A stretch of 64,000 bases of DNA from Candidatus Udaeobacter sp. Lineage in GTDB: Bacteria; Verrucomicrobiota; Verrucomicrobiia; Chthoniobacterales; UBA10450. Both the position numbers and the translations under genes were made by a program. Positions within the stretch are counted from its first letter, which is position 1; every line of letters begins with the position of its first letter. This document shows, piece by piece, positions 62,645 to 64,000 of this stretch. The stretch is taken from positions 1,092 through 65,091 of the forward strand of contig DASXHS010000079.1 in assembly GCA_036488345.1 (NCBI GenBank), in the 5' to 3' direction. Under the pieces are notes generated by a model that saw only the letters and a list, made by a program, of their open reading frames with translations, was not told the origin of the DNA and did no database searches.

Positions 62645-64000
62645 ATGTCTTCTGGAATTCCAACCCGCGCTGACACTCCCGAGGCCGACAAATGGGACCT
62701 GACGCATCTGTTCGCTGACGTGAATAAATGGCAGGAGGATTTCGCATGGCTGCAGGGTGAGTATCCAAAGCTTGAACAATGGAAAGACAGAGTGGGGGAA
62801 TCAGCCGAGACCTTGGGTGGCCTTCTCGAGTTTGAGAAGGCGCTCGAGCAGAAGATGGAACGCGTTTATCACTACGCGTCGCTGCAAGCGGCGGAGGACA
62901 GCACGAATAACGATTACCTCGCCCGCATCGGTCAAGTCCAGAATCTACTTACCAGAATCAGCGAGACGGCGGCGTTTGTGGTGCCGGAAATTTTGGCGAT
63001 CGACGATGAACGATTCGGAAAATTTCTTGCCGACCCGGCACTGAAAGATTGGCGGATCAAGCTGCACAAAATCCGACGTATGAGATCGCATGTGCTTTCA
63101 GTGCCCGAGGAACGTCTGCTCGCGCTAAGCAACGTCGCGCTGAGCGGCTACGACGACACATTTTCCCAGCTCACCGACGTGGACATGAAATTCGGCGTGC
63201 TCGTCGACGAGACCGGACGCGAGCGACCGCTGAGCCAAAGCTCGTTCAGCTCATTTCTGGTCAAGCGCGACCCTGAATTGCGCAAACGCGCTTTTCATCA
63301 ATTCTACGCCGAGTTTCGCGACCATCAGTACACGCTCGCCGCATCTCTTGGCTACTCGGTGAAGGGGGATGTGTTTCACGCCAGAGCACGGCATTATCCA
63401 TCTGCGCTCGAAGCGGCGCTATTTCCAGATGATGTGCCGATCGCCGTGTATGACGGCCTGATTCAATCTGTCCGCGCGAATCTAAAACCGCTGTTTCGAT
63501 ACTTCGATTTTCGCCGCCGTGTCCTTGGTTTGAGCGAGTTGCATCATTACGACACGTACGTTCCGCTCGTTCCGGAGATTCAGACTAGATTCACATTCGA
63601 CGAAGCGGTCGAAATGGTTTTGGCTGCGCTCGCTCCACTGGGAGAGGAATACGTCCAGGTGCTGGCGGAAGGTCTGCGCTCGAGACGCTGGTGCGATCGT
63701 TACGAAAATAAAGGCAAACGCAGCGGCGCATTTTCGTCCAGCAGTTACACCGCGCCGCCTTATATCCTTATGAACTACAAGCAGGACGTATTCGCAGATG
63801 CGTACACGCTTGCCCACGAGGCAGGGCATTCAATGCACAGTTGGTTCTCGCAAACTTCGCAGCTCTTTCAGGACTACGAGTATCCGATCTTTCTCGCGGA
63901 GGTCGCGTCGACGTTCAATGAGGAATTGCTGACGCATCATCTGCTTCAGACTACGAACGATCCGAAGATGCGCGCTTACATCATCAACCGCGAAATCGAT
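62645..64000 (+). CDS. pepF: Oligoendopeptidase F (M3B family); the 3' end lies outside the window
   Basis: This ORF is not in the supplied track because it has no stop in the window. I translated it by hand from the ATG at 62645: MSSGIPTRADTPEADKWDLTHLFADVNKWQEDF...YTLAHEAGHSMHSWFS (HExxH at 63815)...FLAEVASTFNEELL. Confidence 0.88.
   Translation, partial: MSSGIPTRADTPEADKWDLTHLFADVNKWQEDFAWLQGEYPKLEQWKDRVGESAETLGGLLEFEKALEQKMERVYHYASLQAAEDSTNNDYLARIGQVQNLLTRISETAAFVVPEILAIDDERFGKFLADPALKDWRIKLHKIRRMRSHVLSVPEERLLALSNVALSGYDDTFSQLTDVDMKFGVLVDETGRERPLSQSSFSSFLVKRDPELRKRAFHQFYAEFRDHQYTLAASLGYSVKGDVFHARARHYPSALEAALFPDDVPIAVYDGLIQSVRANLKPLFRYFDFRRRVLGLSELHHYDTYVPLVPEIQTRFTFDEAVEMVLAALAPLGEEYVQVLAEGLRSRRWCDRYENKGKRSGAFSSSSYTAPPYILMNYKQDVFADAYTLAHEAGHSMHSWFSQTSQLFQDYEYPIFLAEVASTFNEELLTHHLLQTTNDPKMRAYIINREID

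Noticed and set aside
1-64000. CRISPR arrays, rRNA genes, transposases, prophage genes or known defence systems.
   Set aside because: No repeat-spacer periodicity exists; all tandem repeats are at most 4 units of 7-14 nt or are 108-bp coding repeats. No rRNA-like sequence and no recognisable nuclease, helicase or integrase signatures were found in any listed ORF.

Overview
This is a moderately GC-rich chromosomal segment that is mostly housekeeping. It probably comes from a soil Verrucomicrobiota- or Acidobacteriota-like bacterium. That guess rests on the ADOP permease array, an ECF-sigma/Ser-Thr-kinase pair and several families of short intergenic repeats, and is not proven.

Gene content by position:
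- 1-11.3 kb: five tandem ADOP-type (MacB/FtsX-like) orphan permeases.
- 11.3-15.4 kb: a LolA-like protein and a roughly 1,070-aa BNR/sortilin-type propeller protein.
- 15.5-26.1 kb: an LPS-core/glycan cluster with five GT4 genes, one GT9 gene, a methyltransferase, a WcaF-like acetyltransferase and msbA.
- 26-33 kb: STAS, HAD and FHA genes, then lepA-lepB, an unknown polytopic membrane protein and an HpnD-like squalene-synthase-family gene.
- 33-45 kb: small exported proteins, a UbiD-family decarboxylase, moaA-moaC-mog, an M23 peptidase, a PHP histidinol phosphatase, DUF72, and BamD-like, LptE-like and TPR genes.
- 45.5-51.9 kb: tRNA-Leu(CAG), ubiE/menG, exbB-exbD with a TonB-like gene, a GuaB3-like gene, fabF and tRNA-Gly(UCC).
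- 51.8-64 kb: a sensor-kinase-like ORF with no canonical start codon, the ECF sigma plus Ser/Thr kinase pair, pgsA-moaE, gnd, a UbiA-like prenyltransferase, rpiB, a CbpA-like DnaJ, UDG and a partial pepF.

I saw no CRISPR array, rRNA, transposase, integrase or recognisable defence system.

The observations most worth a second look:
1. A 262-codon RsbRD_N+HisKA-like frame that lacks any ATG/GTG/TTG for its first ~155 codons and ends exactly at the tRNA-Gly 3' end.
2. The ATPase-less five-gene ADOP array.
3. An ECF sigma coupled to a kinase that carries a C-terminal DUF1232-like module.
4. Three exported proteins that share an unnamed C-terminal motif.
5. In-frame heptanucleotide tandem repeats inside a glycosyltransferase gene.
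6. At least four families of MITE/REP-like elements sitting precisely at gene boundaries, two of which supply start codons or N-termini.

All functional calls come from motif recognition by eye. No database search was run.
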